DNA of 64,000 nt from an uncultured Chloroflexia bacterium (GCA_963813535.1 CAWEZH010000002.1:448001-512000); one strand, 5' to 3'; counted from the stretch's first letter, positions 40,490 through 51,216 are shown. The notes: a model not told the origin generated them from the sequence alone. A program made the numbers and translations.

Positions 40490-41718
40490 CACGCACCGTC
40501 AAGCCGCGATCCACGCAGGCGCGGGACCCGTATGGGATCGGTCCGGTCGGGTCCGCGATCGGACCGATCGCTTCGATCGTCGGGCTCGTGCTCATCGCGA
40601 TCGTCACGATCAACCTCTTCAACTACGACGTGCCGTTCATCGGCTCGAACGGCGGCAACGGCGGCTCGGGCAACGCCGGCGGACCCGCCCTGACACCGGC
40701 TCCCTCGAATGTCATCGTCGTGCCGGAGGAAGCCACGTTCCTCGGGTCGATCGTCTACGCCAAGGCCGGCAACATCTGGGTCCAGACAGATCAGGGGGCG
40801 ACCCAGTTGACCGACGGCGGTGGCGCGTCGATGCCCTCGTTCTCGGCTGATGGCCGCTGGGTCACGTACATCCAGGCGACCCAGGAACGCGGCAAGTGGC
40901 CCGTCCGCGGGAACCCATCCTGGTACGACATCTCGCTCAACGACCTCATGCGCGTGAGCGCGGCTGGGACCGGCAAACCCCAGCGGCTGCTCAGCGGTCG
41001 TGTCCGGAGCGGCTCCCTGCGCTGGTCGGCATGGATGCGCCAGCCCGTCCTGTCGCCGAACGGCAAGACCGTCGCCCTGGTGACGGACGCGCCGCAGCCG
41101 GATGAGTCCAACGTCGTGCTGCAGTTCTATGACGTCGGGCGCAAGCGACTGACGCGTGCGGGCGTGCGCGAGGTCGGCGTGCTCGGCCATCAGGATCCCG
41201 AGTGGCGGGCCGATGGCAAGTACCTGCTGTACACGCAGAACGGCCGCGACGGCGCCCGCGGGGCGCCGATCATCATGCGCTACGACCCGAAGACCAAGCA
41301 GGCGCGCGCGCTGACGGGCGCGGGCTACATGCAGCCGTCGTACTCGCCCGATGGCCGGTACATGGCAGCCACCCGGACGACCGCGCTCGGGACCGACGTC
41401 GTGATCCTCAACGCCAGCAACGGCAATGAGCTGCTCCGTCTCACCGACGACGACGCGTCGTGGGCACCCACGTGGTCGCCGGCGGGCAATTCGATCGCGT
41501 TCCTGCACATCGAGGGGCAGACGGTCGACCTCCGGCTGGCCACGCTCGAGGGACGTGGTCCTGCGTGGACCGTGACCGAGACTGTGAACCTGACCGAGGT
41601 TTCGGGGCTGGACGCGGCGTCACGACCCGACTGGTTCATCCCGCCAGCGCTGCTGCCTGCGGCGGAGCCTCCGGCAAGCGGGTCCGCGGCCCCCTCCGTG
41701 GCCAGCCCGGCGATCTGA
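40486..41718 (+). CDS. Membrane-anchored TolB-like beta-propeller protein (PD40 repeats)
   Basis: N-terminal TM. Repeats are PSFSADGRW, PVLSPNGK, PEWRADGK, PSYSPDGR and PTWSPAGN. Confidence 0.8.
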   Translation: MTRTVKPRSTQARDPYGIGPVGSAIGPIASIVGLVLIAIVTINLFNYDVPFIGSNGGNGGSGNAGGPALTPAPSNVIVVPEEATFLGSIVYAKAGNIWVQTDQGATQLTDGGGASMPSFSADGRWVTYIQATQERGKWPVRGNPSWYDISLNDLMRVSAAGTGKPQRLLSGRVRSGSLRWSAWMRQPVLSPNGKTVALVTDAPQPDESNVVLQFYDVGRKRLTRAGVREVGVLGHQDPEWRADGKYLLYTQNGRDGARGAPIIMRYDPKTKQARALTGAGYMQPSYSPDGRYMAATRTTALGTDVVILNASNGNELLRLTDDDASWAPTWSPAGNSIAFLHIEGQTVDLRLATLEGRGPAWTVTETVNLTEVSGLDAASRPDWFIPPALLPAAEPPASGSAAPSVASPAI

Positions 41719-41728
41719 TCCAGGGCCG

Positions 41729-42595
41729 GTGATCCGCTCATATCTCGACCGTCTCGCAACGCGCTCCCGGGTAGCCGGTACCGTCCTGTGTCTCGGGCTC
41801 GACCCGGACCCGGCGTCGATGCCGTCCCGATTCGCCAAGGGCCTCGCCGGGATGGAGCGGTTCACCGAACTCGTGCTCGAGGCAGCGCTGCCGTTCGCCG
41901 CCGCGGTCAAGCCCAACCTGGCGTTCTTCGAAGCGTACGGATCGGACGGGATCGCGGCGCTCGAGCGGTTGCGGGCGACCATCCCGGCCGACGTCCCCGT
42001 CATCGCCGATGCGAAGCGCGGTGACATCGGCTCGACCGCCGCGCGCCAGGCTGTCGCGCTCTTCGACATCCTCGGCGCGGACGCCGTGACGGTCAGCCCA
42101 TACCTCGGCGAGGAGGCCATCCGACCGCTGCTCGAGCGGACCGATCGGTTCGCCTACGTGCTGTGCCGGACGTCCAATCCAGGGGCCGGCGACGTGCAGG
42201 ATCTGCCGATCGCCGCGGATCCCGGTGGGAACGCACCAAGCGAGCGCGTGCACGAGCGGATCGCCCGTCTGGCGACCGGGTGGGGACCCGGCGGGACGGT
42301 CGGTCTGGTCGTCGGGGCGACGGCACCCGAGGAGCTCGCGACCATCCGAGGTCTCGCCCCGGGGCTGCCGTTCCTCGTGCCCGGGGTCGGTGCCCAGGGT
42401 GGTGAGGTCGAGCCGGTCCTCCGCCACGGTCCCGCCACGGACGCGCCGGCTGGCGGTCGCGTCGGGGGCGGGCTGCTCGTCAATGTCTCCCGCGGCATCG
42501 CCCAGGCCGCCACCGGTTCGGGCCGCGGGGACCCCGGCGAGCGACTCGCCAGCGCCGCTGCTGACTGGGCTTCCCGACTCCCTGTGCTACCCTAG
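41729..42595 (+). CDS. pyrF: Orotidine-5'-phosphate decarboxylase
   Basis: Motifs CLGLDP, KPNLAFFE, DAKRGDIGST, VVGAT and LVPGVGAQGG. Confidence 0.96.
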   Translation: MIRSYLDRLATRSRVAGTVLCLGLDPDPASMPSRFAKGLAGMERFTELVLEAALPFAAAVKPNLAFFEAYGSDGIAALERLRATIPADVPVIADAKRGDIGSTAARQAVALFDILGADAVTVSPYLGEEAIRPLLERTDRFAYVLCRTSNPGAGDVQDLPIAADPGGNAPSERVHERIARLATGWGPGGTVGLVVGATAPEELATIRGLAPGLPFLVPGVGAQGGEVEPVLRHGPATDAPAGGRVGGGLLVNVSRGIAQAATGSGRGDPGERLASAAADWASRLPVLP

Positions 42596-42625
42596 CCGCC
42601 GCTCGTACCTGAGGGACCAGCTGAC

Positions 42626-42874
42626 ATGCCGAACATCGGGGCTCCCGAGCTCATCATCATCCTCGTCATCGCGCTGCTCATCCTCGGCCCGGGCAAGCTG
42701 CCTGAGGTCGGTGCCTCGATCGGCAAGAGCATCCGTGAATTCCGAAAGGCCTCGTCCGACATCAACGAGTCCGTGAAGGTCGACACGTCGCCGCTGCCGA
42801 CGGACCCGCCGGCGAGCCAGCCCGCGGTCGACGCGCCTGCCGCCTCGAACGAGCCGGCCTCCCGCACGAACTAG
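42626..42874 (+). CDS. tatA: Twin-arginine translocase subunit TatA
   Basis: GAPELIIILVIALLILGPGKLPEVGASIGKSIREFRKA. Confidence 0.95.
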   Translation: MPNIGAPELIIILVIALLILGPGKLPEVGASIGKSIREFRKASSDINESVKVDTSPLPTDPPASQPAVDAPAASNEPASRTN

Positions 42875-42895
42875 GTCCGGCGCCGCGCGCCACTG

Positions 42896-43687
42896 ATGGC
42901 CGACGCCGACGCCCTGCGCGAGACCGCCGCCCCCGGCGTCCCCGCGACCCAATCACCACCGCCACCGCCGACCGGTGGTGCCGGCACGCCCGACGACACG
43001 GTCATGTCGCTGGTCGATCACCTCACCGAGCTCCGTGATCGCCTGTTCCGCTGCGTCCTGGCGATCGCGGTCGGGTCGGCGATCGGCTGGATCTTCGCGC
43101 CGGAGGTGCGAAATTTCCTGCTGGAGCCGCTGCCGGGCGGCCAGGCGCAGGTCCTCGGACCGGGCGACGGCTTCGCGATCCAGCTGCGCATCTCGATCGT
43201 CATCGGGATCATCCTCGCGATGCCCGTGCTGCTCTACCAGATCTGGGCGTTCATCGCCCCTGGCCTGACCATCGCCGAACGGCGGACGGTCCGTCCCTGG
43301 ATCCCGCTCGCCCTCGTGTTCTTCGCGCTCGGCGTCGTGATCGCCCGGCTCGTGCTGCCCTACGCCGTGTCGTTCCTCCTCGGGTTCACCGACGACAAGC
43401 TCGTGGCGAACATCGCGGCGGGGCCCTACTTCGATTTCGTGACGACGATGTTCCTTGCTTTCGGCCTCGTGATGGAGTTCCCGATCCTGCTGGTCGGCCT
43501 GTCGCGGGTCGGCATCGTGTCGTCGGAGCGACTGCGCGCGTCGCGGCGCTACGTGATCCTCGGGATCGCCGTCTTCTCGGCCGTGGCGACGCCTGGCGGT
43601 GACCTGGTCAGCCCGGTGGCACTCGGCGGCACGATGTACGTGCTCTACGAGCTGACGATCCTGTTCATCAGACGGACGGGCCGGTGA
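42896..43687 (+). CDS. tatC: Twin-arginine translocase subunit TatC
   Basis: Motifs MSLVDHLTELRDRL, YQIWAFIAPGL, FGLVMEFP and TPGGD. Confidence 0.95.
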   Translation: MADADALRETAAPGVPATQSPPPPPTGGAGTPDDTVMSLVDHLTELRDRLFRCVLAIAVGSAIGWIFAPEVRNFLLEPLPGGQAQVLGPGDGFAIQLRISIVIGIILAMPVLLYQIWAFIAPGLTIAERRTVRPWIPLALVFFALGVVIARLVLPYAVSFLLGFTDDKLVANIAAGPYFDFVTTMFLAFGLVMEFPILLVGLSRVGIVSSERLRASRRYVILGIAVFSAVATPGGDLVSPVALGGTMYVLYELTILFIRRTGR

Positions 43688-44586
43688 CCCAGGCGACCGA
43701 CCCGGTCACGGAGGCGCCGGCGGAACAGGCGGTCGTGATCCTTTCGGGTCTGTCGGGCGGTGGCAAGACCGCCGCGGCGAAGCTGTTCGAGGACCTGGGC
43801 TACATGGTCGTCGACAACCTGCCCGGCGAGCTGCTGCCCGACCTGGCCGAGCTCGTGTCCGACGACCAGGATCGCTTCGCGCGCGTGGCCATCGTGCTCG
43901 ACGTCCGTGCCGGGGAGCCGGCACTCGCCCTCGGGGCGATGCGTGGGGCGCTCGAGGGTCGCGGGATCGTGCCGCAGATCGTCTTCCTCGAGGCGCGCGA
44001 CGACGTGCTCATCCGTCGCTTCAGCGAGACGCGTCATCGCCACCCGCTCGCCGATGAGCGTGGGATCGCCAGCTCGATCGCCGAGGAGCGACGGTTGCTC
44101 GACCCGATCCGCTCGGAGGCCGACGTCATCGTCGACACATCCGACCTGTCGCTGCGCCAACTCCGCGAGCGACTGTTCGCGCAGCTGGCCACGACAACCC
44201 GGCCCGACCAGCTTGCTGTCCAGCTCATCAGCTTCGGCTACAAATACGGCGTCCCGCTCGAGGCGGACCTTGTCTTCGACGTGCGGTTCATCCCGAACCC
44301 GTACTACGTCCCCGAGCTGCGACCGCACTCGGGTCTGACCGAGGAGGTGCGCGCCTACGTCCTGGCCCAGCCGATGGCGCGTCGGTTCCTGACGTTCCTC
44401 GAGGAGTTCCTGGACTTCGCCATCCCGTCGTACGTCGAGGAGGGCAAGACCCGGCTCACGATCGGCATCGGCTGCACGGGCGGCTATCACCGGAGCATCG
44501 TCCTTGCCGAGGTGCTCGCAGAGTGGCTCCGGGAGCGGGACTTCGGCCCCGTCGCGGTCTTCCACCGGGAGCTGGACCGGACATGA
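43684..44586 (+). CDS. rapZ: RNase adapter RapZ/YvcJ P-loop protein
   Basis: Motifs SGLSGGGKT, VDNLP, RRFSETRHRHPL, SFGYKYG, DVRFIPNP and GCTGGYHRS. Confidence 0.95.
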   Translation: MTQATDPVTEAPAEQAVVILSGLSGGGKTAAAKLFEDLGYMVVDNLPGELLPDLAELVSDDQDRFARVAIVLDVRAGEPALALGAMRGALEGRGIVPQIVFLEARDDVLIRRFSETRHRHPLADERGIASSIAEERRLLDPIRSEADVIVDTSDLSLRQLRERLFAQLATTTRPDQLAVQLISFGYKYGVPLEADLVFDVRFIPNPYYVPELRPHSGLTEEVRAYVLAQPMARRFLTFLEEFLDFAIPSYVEEGKTRLTIGIGCTGGYHRSIVLAEVLAEWLRERDFGPVAVFHRELDRT

Positions 44587-44602
44587 TCGGTCGCGGCGGC
44601 GC

Positions 44603-45943
44603 ATGAACCTGCGTCGATGGCTTACGCCCGGCATCGGCATCAAGCGCTGGCTGGTCGTCGTGTTCTTCGGACTGCTGATGCTGGCTCTTGGCTTCGCGCA
44701 CCTGATCCGCCAGGTCTCGCGCGATCTCGAGCCCGCGGGAGCGGTCGGCGCGGTGATCGACCTGATCACCCTCCAGTTCCTGCCGTTCCCGGTTCGTGGT
44801 CTCATCGTCGGAGCGGCAGGGGTGGCCCTCGTGGCGCTCGGGTCGTATCGCGTGATCCGTGTCATGACGGATCCGTTCCGTGTGTCCGACGGGGATCAGC
44901 CGCTCGTCGAGTTGATCTACCAGAAGCAATTCCTCGCGAAGGGCCCGCGCGTCGTGGCCATCGGCGGTGGGACCGGCTTGTCGGCGCTGCTCCGCGGCCT
45001 GAAGGAGCACACGAGCAACATCACCGCCGTGGTGACCGTGGCCGATGACGGCGGCTCCTCGGGTGTGCTCCGCCAGGAGCTGGGCATCCCGCCGGTCGGC
45101 GACATCCGCAACTGCATCGCGGCACTCGCCGACGCCGAGCCACTGATGAGCGAGCTGCTCCAGTACCGGTTCCCGGCCGCCGACGGTTCACCCGGTGCCG
45201 CGACCGACGGTCCCGGGCTGACAGGCCATGCGGTCGGCAACCTCCTCCTGGCGGCGATGACGGCGATCGAGGGCGGCGACTTCGAAGAGGGCGTCCGTCG
45301 GATCAACCGCATCCTCGCCGTGCGGGGCCAGGTCGTACCGGTCACCGCCACGCCGCTGACCCTGCATGCCGAGACGGTCGCCGGCGAGACGGTCGTCGGG
45401 CAGTCGCGGATCATGCGCACCGAGGGGATCCGACGCGTCTGGCTGACACCCGACGACGTCCAGGCGTCGGACGACGCGCTCGCCGCGATCGCCGAGGCTG
45501 AGCTGATCGTGCTAGGCCCGGGCAGCCTGTACACGAGTGTCCTGCCGAGCCTGCTGATCCCGGCCATCCGCGACGGCGTGCTGGCAGCCGGCGCGACCCG
45601 GCTGTATGTCTGCAACGTCGCGACGCAGGAAGGCGAGACGACCGGGCTGGACCTCGCCGGTCACGTGGCGGCGCTGATCGACCACACCGCCCCGGGTCTC
45701 GTCGATCTCGTGCTTGCCAACAACCGCTTCGATGCTCGAGTCCCAGCCGATTGGCGGGCGGAGACGGTGCGACTGCGGTGGCCGCCCGCGGTCGTGGCCG
45801 GACTCCCCCGACTGGTCCTCGACGACGTGGTCGATCCGGACAACGCCCATCACCACGACCCGGTGCGGCTCGCGGGCGCGGTCATGCGCGTCTACGAGCG
45901 GGAGGCACCAGCTCGCCGCCGGGCCGTGAGCCGGACCGCCTGA
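44603..45943 (+). CDS. yvcK: YvcK/GlmR family protein with N-terminal TM segments
   Basis: Motifs IGGGTGLS, VADDGGSSG, PGSLYTS and HHD. Confidence 0.93.
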   Translation: MNLRRWLTPGIGIKRWLVVVFFGLLMLALGFAHLIRQVSRDLEPAGAVGAVIDLITLQFLPFPVRGLIVGAAGVALVALGSYRVIRVMTDPFRVSDGDQPLVELIYQKQFLAKGPRVVAIGGGTGLSALLRGLKEHTSNITAVVTVADDGGSSGVLRQELGIPPVGDIRNCIAALADAEPLMSELLQYRFPAADGSPGAATDGPGLTGHAVGNLLLAAMTAIEGGDFEEGVRRINRILAVRGQVVPVTATPLTLHAETVAGETVVGQSRIMRTEGIRRVWLTPDDVQASDDALAAIAEAELIVLGPGSLYTSVLPSLLIPAIRDGVLAAGATRLYVCNVATQEGETTGLDLAGHVAALIDHTAPGLVDLVLANNRFDARVPADWRAETVRLRWPPAVVAGLPRLVLDDVVDPDNAHHHDPVRLAGAVMRVYEREAPARRRAVSRTA

Positions 45944-45946
45944 GAG

Positions 45947-46759
45947 GTGACAAGCTCCGAGCGCGACCTCGTCACGGCGCTACGGAACGAGCTCGCCGGC
46001 ATCGACCCGGCGCGACCATGCGATCGTCTCGCCGAGGCGGCAGGCCTGGGCGTCGAGGTGCCGGCCCGGGAGCCGGCGGTGGCACGTCTGGCGCATCGTC
46101 TCCGACGAGCTGCCGAGGCGGATCGCGTCGGCGTCGCAATCTTCGACTGGGACGCTGCGGCCGACCACTGCCGAACCGCGTGGCTGCGCGGCAGGTTCCT
46201 GGCCCGCGGGTCGCTTAGCCTGGCCGGCGGCCGGACCCATCTCGAATTCGTCGTCCCGGTCCAGGAGGCCCAGGTCCTCGCCCGACGGCTCGGTGAGGTC
46301 GACGTCCCGGCATCGTGGCGGGTCCGCCGCGGTCGAGGGGTCGTGACGTGGAAGAGTGCCGAGTCGGTGGGCACGTTCCTCCGCCGGATCGGGGCCGCCG
46401 GCGCGCTGCTCGAGCTCGAGGCCCGGCAGGTGTCGCGTGCGCTTCGCGGCGAGCTGAACCGTGTGCTCAACGCCGAGTCGGCAAACCTGCAGCGCGCCGT
46501 CGCTGCGGCCGGGCGGCAGCTCGACGCGATCGACCAGCTCGACGCCGACGGCCGGCTCGTCGGGCAGCCATATGTCGTCCGACTCGTCGCCGACGCCCGA
46601 CGCGAGACACCGGAGGCGACGCTGGCGGAACTTGCGGAGCGGCTCGACATCCATCGCTCGGCCGTCCAGCGGGCTCTCGAGCGGATCGAGCGGCTGGCGG
46701 AGACCGAGCCTGCGCCGCCGCAGGGTGACCGCTCTGGCATGATGCGGGCGCATGCGTGA
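45947..46759 (+). CDS. whiA: DNA-binding protein WhiA
   Basis: Motifs LRGRFLARGSL, HLEF and NRVLNAESANL, plus a C-terminal HTH. Synteny with rapZ-yvcK. Confidence 0.9.
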   Translation: MTSSERDLVTALRNELAGIDPARPCDRLAEAAGLGVEVPAREPAVARLAHRLRRAAEADRVGVAIFDWDAAADHCRTAWLRGRFLARGSLSLAGGRTHLEFVVPVQEAQVLARRLGEVDVPASWRVRRGRGVVTWKSAESVGTFLRRIGAAGALLELEARQVSRALRGELNRVLNAESANLQRAVAAAGRQLDAIDQLDADGRLVGQPYVVRLVADARRETPEATLAELAERLDIHRSAVQRALERIERLAETEPAPPQGDRSGMMRAHA

Positions 46760-47543
46760 GGTCGTGATCGCCGCGAACTGGAAGATGCACACGACCCCCA
46801 GCGACGCTGGTGAGCTCGCCCAGACGATCGCCTCGCGGACACGCGAAGCGGGTGTCACGCGCGTGATCTGCCCTCCGTATGTGTGTCTCGCTTCCGTTCG
46901 CGACGCGCTGGCCGAGGTGGACACCGATGTCGCCGTTGGTGCCCAGAACGTCCATCACGAGCTGGCCGGGGCGTACACCGGCGAGGTCTCGGCGCCGATG
47001 CTGGTCGGCCTCGCGACCTGGGTGATCGTCGGCCATTCCGAGCGCCGGAGGGACGCCGGCGAGACCGACGCGCTCGTCGCCAGGAAGATCGCCCGGGTAC
47101 TCGACGCTGGGCTTCGACCGATCCTGTGCGTCGGCGAGCAACTGGCCGACCGCGAGGCTGGTCGGGCCATCGACGTGGTCGATGGGCAGATGCGCGGTTC
47201 GCTCGCCGACATCGAGCCAAAGCGAGCGCATGCGGCCCGCCTCGTGATCGCCTATGAGCCGGTATGGGCGATCGGCACCGGGCGCAACGCGACCGGCATC
47301 GACGCCGCCGCCATGACCGACGCGATCCGGGCGAGCCTGGAGGCTGCCGGCTGGGGTGCCGCTGCCGCCCATACCCCGGTCCTCTACGGCGGCAGCGTGA
47401 CCTCCGCGAACATCGCCGAGTTCCTCGCCGAGCCGTCGATCGACGGCGTGCTCGTCGGCGGGGCGTCGCTGAAGCCGGACGAGATGGCGGGCATCGTCGG
47501 TCGCGCCGGGATCACGGCCCGCGCCCGCGGCCTCGCGGGGTGA
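46752..47543 (+). CDS. tpiA: Triosephosphate isomerase
   Basis: Motifs ANWKM, GHSERR, AYEPVWAIGTG, YGGSV and LVGGASL. Confidence 0.98.
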   Translation: MREVVIAANWKMHTTPSDAGELAQTIASRTREAGVTRVICPPYVCLASVRDALAEVDTDVAVGAQNVHHELAGAYTGEVSAPMLVGLATWVIVGHSERRRDAGETDALVARKIARVLDAGLRPILCVGEQLADREAGRAIDVVDGQMRGSLADIEPKRAHAARLVIAYEPVWAIGTGRNATGIDAAAMTDAIRASLEAAGWGAAAAHTPVLYGGSVTSANIAEFLAEPSIDGVLVGGASLKPDEMAGIVGRAGITARARGLAG

Positions 47544-49126
47544 CCGTCGGGCGACCACGGCCCATCGTCCTGGTCGTGCTCGATGGCTTCGGCATCGGCC
47601 GCGACCCGATCGGCGATGCGATCGCCGCCGCCCCCATGCCGACCTGGCATGGCCTACTCGCGCGCTGGCCGCACGGCGTCCTCCAGGCGTCCGAGGAAGC
47701 CGTCGGGTTACCTCCGGGCCAGATGGGCAACTCGGAGGTCGGCCATCTGAACCTCGGTGCAGGCCGTCCGGTGCTCCAGGACCTGCCTCGCATCGACGCA
47801 GCCATCGCCGACGGTTCGTTCGATGACAGGCCCGCGTTCCTCGCCGCCTGCCAGCGTGCTCGCGAGACGAACGGGGTGCTGCACGCAGTGAGCCTCATCG
47901 GGCCGGGCGGGGTGCACGCCAACGACCGCCACCTGGTGGCCCTGGCCGGCCTGGCGCAACGTGAGGGGGTCTCGCGGATGGCCGTCCATGCCCTGCTCGA
48001 CGGGCGTGACACGCCGCCATCGTCGGCGCTCGGGTTCATGCGGGACCTCGAGGCGCGGCTCACGGCCGCTCACCCGGACGCAACGGTCGCGTCCGTCGGC
48101 GGCCGCTACTACGCGATGGACCGCGACACGCGCTGGGAACGGACCGAACAGGGGTATGACGCGATCGTCCACGGAGAGTCGGCATACCACGCTCCGTCGG
48201 CGGCCGCCGCGATCGAGTCGGCCTACGCCCGCGCCGAGACCGACGAGTTCGTCGTGCCGACGGTGATCGAGGTCGACGGCACCACGACGCCGCTGCTGGA
48301 CGGTGACCCGATCGTCCACCTCAACTTCCGCGCCGACCGCGCGCGGCAGCTGACCCACGCGCTCGCCGATGGTGCGGCGTTCGACGGCTTCGACCGCCGC
48401 TCCCCATCGGGCCGTCCCGCGCCGCACGATCTCCTCGTGGTCACGATGACCGAGTACGAGGCTGGCCTCCCGGTCCTCGTAGCCTTCCCGCCCGAGACCG
48501 CGCGCTCGCTCGCCCAGGCGTTCAGCGAAGCGGGCTGGCGCCAGTTCCACGTTGCCGAGACCGAGAAATACGCCCATGTCACGTACTTCTTCAACGGCGG
48601 GGTCGAGACGGCGTTGCCGGGGGAGGAGCGGGAGCTGATCCCGAGTCCCAGGGTCGCCACGTACGACCTCCAGCCGGAGATGTCGGCCGCGGGCGTCACC
48701 GATGCCCTGGTCCGGACCATCGGCTCCGGGGCGTACGACTTCATCGTCGCGAACTACGCCAACCCGGACATGGTCGGCCACACCGGCATATGGGACGCGA
48801 CGCTCGAGGCCCTCGCGACCATCGACGAATGTCTCGCGCGCGTCGTCGCAGCCATCGAGGTGGTCGAGGCTGCCGATCCCGTCGGTCCTGGCGCGATCCT
48901 CGCCATCACGGCCGACCACGGCAATGCCGACGACCTGCGCGACGCCAGTGGCGTGCCGGTCACGGCGCACTCGCTCAACCCGGTCCCGTTCGTGCTGATC
49001 GGCCGATCCGTGGCCGGTCACCGCCTCGCCGACGGCGTGCTCGCCGACGTCGCACCGACACTCCTCGAACTGGGTGGTTTGCCCGGCTGGCCGGGGATCA
49101 CGGGCCGCTCGCTCCTGCGCGGCTGA
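47540..49126 (+). CDS. gpmI: 2,3-bisphosphoglycerate-independent phosphoglycerate mutase
   Basis: Motifs VVLDGFG, GQMGNSEVGH, GRYYAMDRD, ETEKYAHVTYFFNGG, DMVGHTG and TADHGN. Confidence 0.97.
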   Translation: MTVGRPRPIVLVVLDGFGIGRDPIGDAIAAAPMPTWHGLLARWPHGVLQASEEAVGLPPGQMGNSEVGHLNLGAGRPVLQDLPRIDAAIADGSFDDRPAFLAACQRARETNGVLHAVSLIGPGGVHANDRHLVALAGLAQREGVSRMAVHALLDGRDTPPSSALGFMRDLEARLTAAHPDATVASVGGRYYAMDRDTRWERTEQGYDAIVHGESAYHAPSAAAAIESAYARAETDEFVVPTVIEVDGTTTPLLDGDPIVHLNFRADRARQLTHALADGAAFDGFDRRSPSGRPAPHDLLVVTMTEYEAGLPVLVAFPPETARSLAQAFSEAGWRQFHVAETEKYAHVTYFFNGGVETALPGEERELIPSPRVATYDLQPEMSAAGVTDALVRTIGSGAYDFIVANYANPDMVGHTGIWDATLEALATIDECLARVVAAIEVVEAADPVGPGAILAITADHGNADDLRDASGVPVTAHSLNPVPFVLIGRSVAGHRLADGVLADVAPTLLELGGLPGWPGITGRSLLRG

Positions 49127-49187
49127 CCGGCCGTTCGGTGGCCTGTGGTAGCATCGGCCGCCGTATCCACCGGAGGACCTCGACCGC

Positions 49188-49415
49188 GTGAACCCGATCC
49201 TCAGCCTCGGCCAGATCATCGTCAGCATCGCGTTGATCGCGGCCATCCTGCTGCAGGCTCGCGGGACGGGCCTCTCGGGCACGTTCGGTGGCGACTCCGC
49301 CGTCTACCGCAGTCGGCGGGGCGTCGAACGGAGGCTGTGGCAGTTCACCATCGTGCTGCTGGTCCTGTTCGTCATCTTCTCGCTCGCGTCGTACATCCTC
49401 GCGCCGACCACCTGA
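49188..49415 (+). CDS. secG: Preprotein translocase subunit SecG
   Basis: Motifs ILLQARGTGLSGTFGG and RRGVERRL, two TMs, and a GGAGG RBS. Confidence 0.93.
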   Translation: MNPILSLGQIIVSIALIAAILLQARGTGLSGTFGGDSAVYRSRRGVERRLWQFTIVLLVLFVIFSLASYILAPTT

Positions 49416-49458
49416 CCGGGCCGCCGCGGCACGACCTGCGGGCACTACACGGAGCTTC

Positions 49459-51198
49459 ATGACCCGCACCGACACCATCGTCGTCGGGACCCTCATCACG
49501 CTGCTCGCGATCCTCGCGGCGCTGATCGGTGGCCCCGCCATCCAGCTCGCCGCCGCACCCGCCAGCCCGTCGCCGTCCGTTGCGACAAGCCCAGCGTTCG
49601 AGGCTCGACCGTACGTCGAAGGTGTCGTCGGCCAGCCCTCGTCCGTGTCCCCGCTGACCGCCCGGACCCAGGCCGACCGCGATCTCGTGGCGCTGCTCTT
49701 CGCCGGCCTGGTGCGAAACGGACCGGGCGGCACCATCGTGCCCGACCTGGCGGAGAGCTGGACGGTCGACGCGACCGGCAAGACGTGGACGGTCGAGCTT
49801 CGCGACGACGCGCGCTGGCACGACGGCACCGCGGTCACCCCGGACGACGTCGTGTTCACTATCGAGACGCTCCAGGACCCGGCCTACAAGGGGCCGTCCG
49901 GAACGTCCTGGTCGGAGGTGACCGTCGCTGCGACCGGGCCGCGCCAGGTCACATTCACCCTCGCCACGCCACTTGGCGGCTTTCTCCAGGCCCTGACGCA
50001 GCCGATCGCGCCGGTCCATCTGCTCGGCGACACCCCCATCGAGGAGATGGCCGACGACCCGTTCGGGGGGCTGCCGATCGGCTCGGGCGCCTTCGCGATC
50101 ACCGAGCTCAGTGAGACATCAGCGTCGCTCGTTCCGGCGGAGATCCTGGAGGGGACGGGGGGACCGTCCGCCTCGCCGAGCTCCTCGCCTGACTCGCTGA
50201 CGACACCGCCACCGACGCGCCGCCCGTCGCGACCGATGCCGTACCTCGCGGGCATCGAGTTCCGGTTCTATGCAGAGCCGGCGGACCTCGTCCGCGACTT
50301 CCGAGCGGGCGAGCTCGATGGGGCGTCCGGGCTGCCGCCCGACATGGCCGTCGGCCTTGCGGCGGAGGCGGGCACCCGTTTGGTCCGCTACCCCGGAGCC
50401 ACGATGACCGCGGCGCTCCTCAACCTCCGACCCGGTCATCCTGAGTTCGCGACGCCGGCGATCCGGACCGGGCTGCTCGCCGCGATCGATCGGGAGCGTC
50501 TTGCGAAGGAGGCCTTCAGCGGGCTTGCCGTGCAGGCCGCGGGCATCATCCCGCCGGCCTCGCCGATGTTCGATCCGGCGGCGGATCCGGCGGTCGCTTA
50601 CAGCCGTGGTGGCGCGGAGCGCGCGTTCACGGCCGCGACATGGAACAAGAACGCGAGTGGCTGGGTGCTCCCCCGCGCAAAGAAGCCGCTTGCGATCGAG
50701 GTGCTCAGCCCGAACAAGGCGACGAATGCCGGGCTGTACGACGTCGCCGAGGCGGTGGTCCGCGACTGGACCACCGTCGGTATCGACGCCAAGCATGTCG
50801 CGTTGCCACCGTCCGAGTTCGTCACGGGCCGGCTGTCGTCCGGCGAGTTCCAGGTGGCCATCGCCGACCTGCGCATCGGCCTCGATCCGGACCTGTATCC
50901 GCTGCTCGCGTCGAGCCAGACGCTGACCGGTGGCTCGAATGTCATGGGCGTCCAGTCCGCCGATCTCGACACGCTGCTCGAGAAGGCCCGCGCCCCGGGT
51001 TCCGCCAGCGCACGGGCCAAGGCCTACAGCGCGCTCCAGAAGCAGCTGGCCGCCGGTCGCTATCTGCTCCCGCTGGCCTTCGCCGACGAGGTCGTCGTGC
51101 TCCGTGACACGGTCCAGGGACCGGCCGTGAGGCAGGTGACGGATGGGTCGGATCGATTTTGGGATGTGCTAACATGGCGCCTCGCTATCGACCGGTGA
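49459..51198 (+). CDS. ABC transporter substrate-binding protein, family 5 (peptide/nickel)
   Basis: Motifs PDLAESW, WHDGTAVTPDDVVFT, PIGSGAF and AIDR, with an N-terminal hydrophobic anchor. Confidence 0.88.
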   Translation: MTRTDTIVVGTLITLLAILAALIGGPAIQLAAAPASPSPSVATSPAFEARPYVEGVVGQPSSVSPLTARTQADRDLVALLFAGLVRNGPGGTIVPDLAESWTVDATGKTWTVELRDDARWHDGTAVTPDDVVFTIETLQDPAYKGPSGTSWSEVTVAATGPRQVTFTLATPLGGFLQALTQPIAPVHLLGDTPIEEMADDPFGGLPIGSGAFAITELSETSASLVPAEILEGTGGPSASPSSSPDSLTTPPPTRRPSRPMPYLAGIEFRFYAEPADLVRDFRAGELDGASGLPPDMAVGLAAEAGTRLVRYPGATMTAALLNLRPGHPEFATPAIRTGLLAAIDRERLAKEAFSGLAVQAAGIIPPASPMFDPAADPAVAYSRGGAERAFTAATWNKNASGWVLPRAKKPLAIEVLSPNKATNAGLYDVAEAVVRDWTTVGIDAKHVALPPSEFVTGRLSSGEFQVAIADLRIGLDPDLYPLLASSQTLTGGSNVMGVQSADLDTLLEKARAPGSASARAKAYSALQKQLAAGRYLLPLAFADEVVVLRDTVQGPAVRQVTDGSDRFWDVLTWRLAIDR

Positions 51199-51216
51199 CG
51201 GTCGGTCGCGCTCCGT

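Noticed and set aside
45947-47543. gap and pgk missing between whiA and tpiA
   Set aside because: This is ordinary operon rearrangement. The genes may lie outside the window, so no pathway loss can be inferred.
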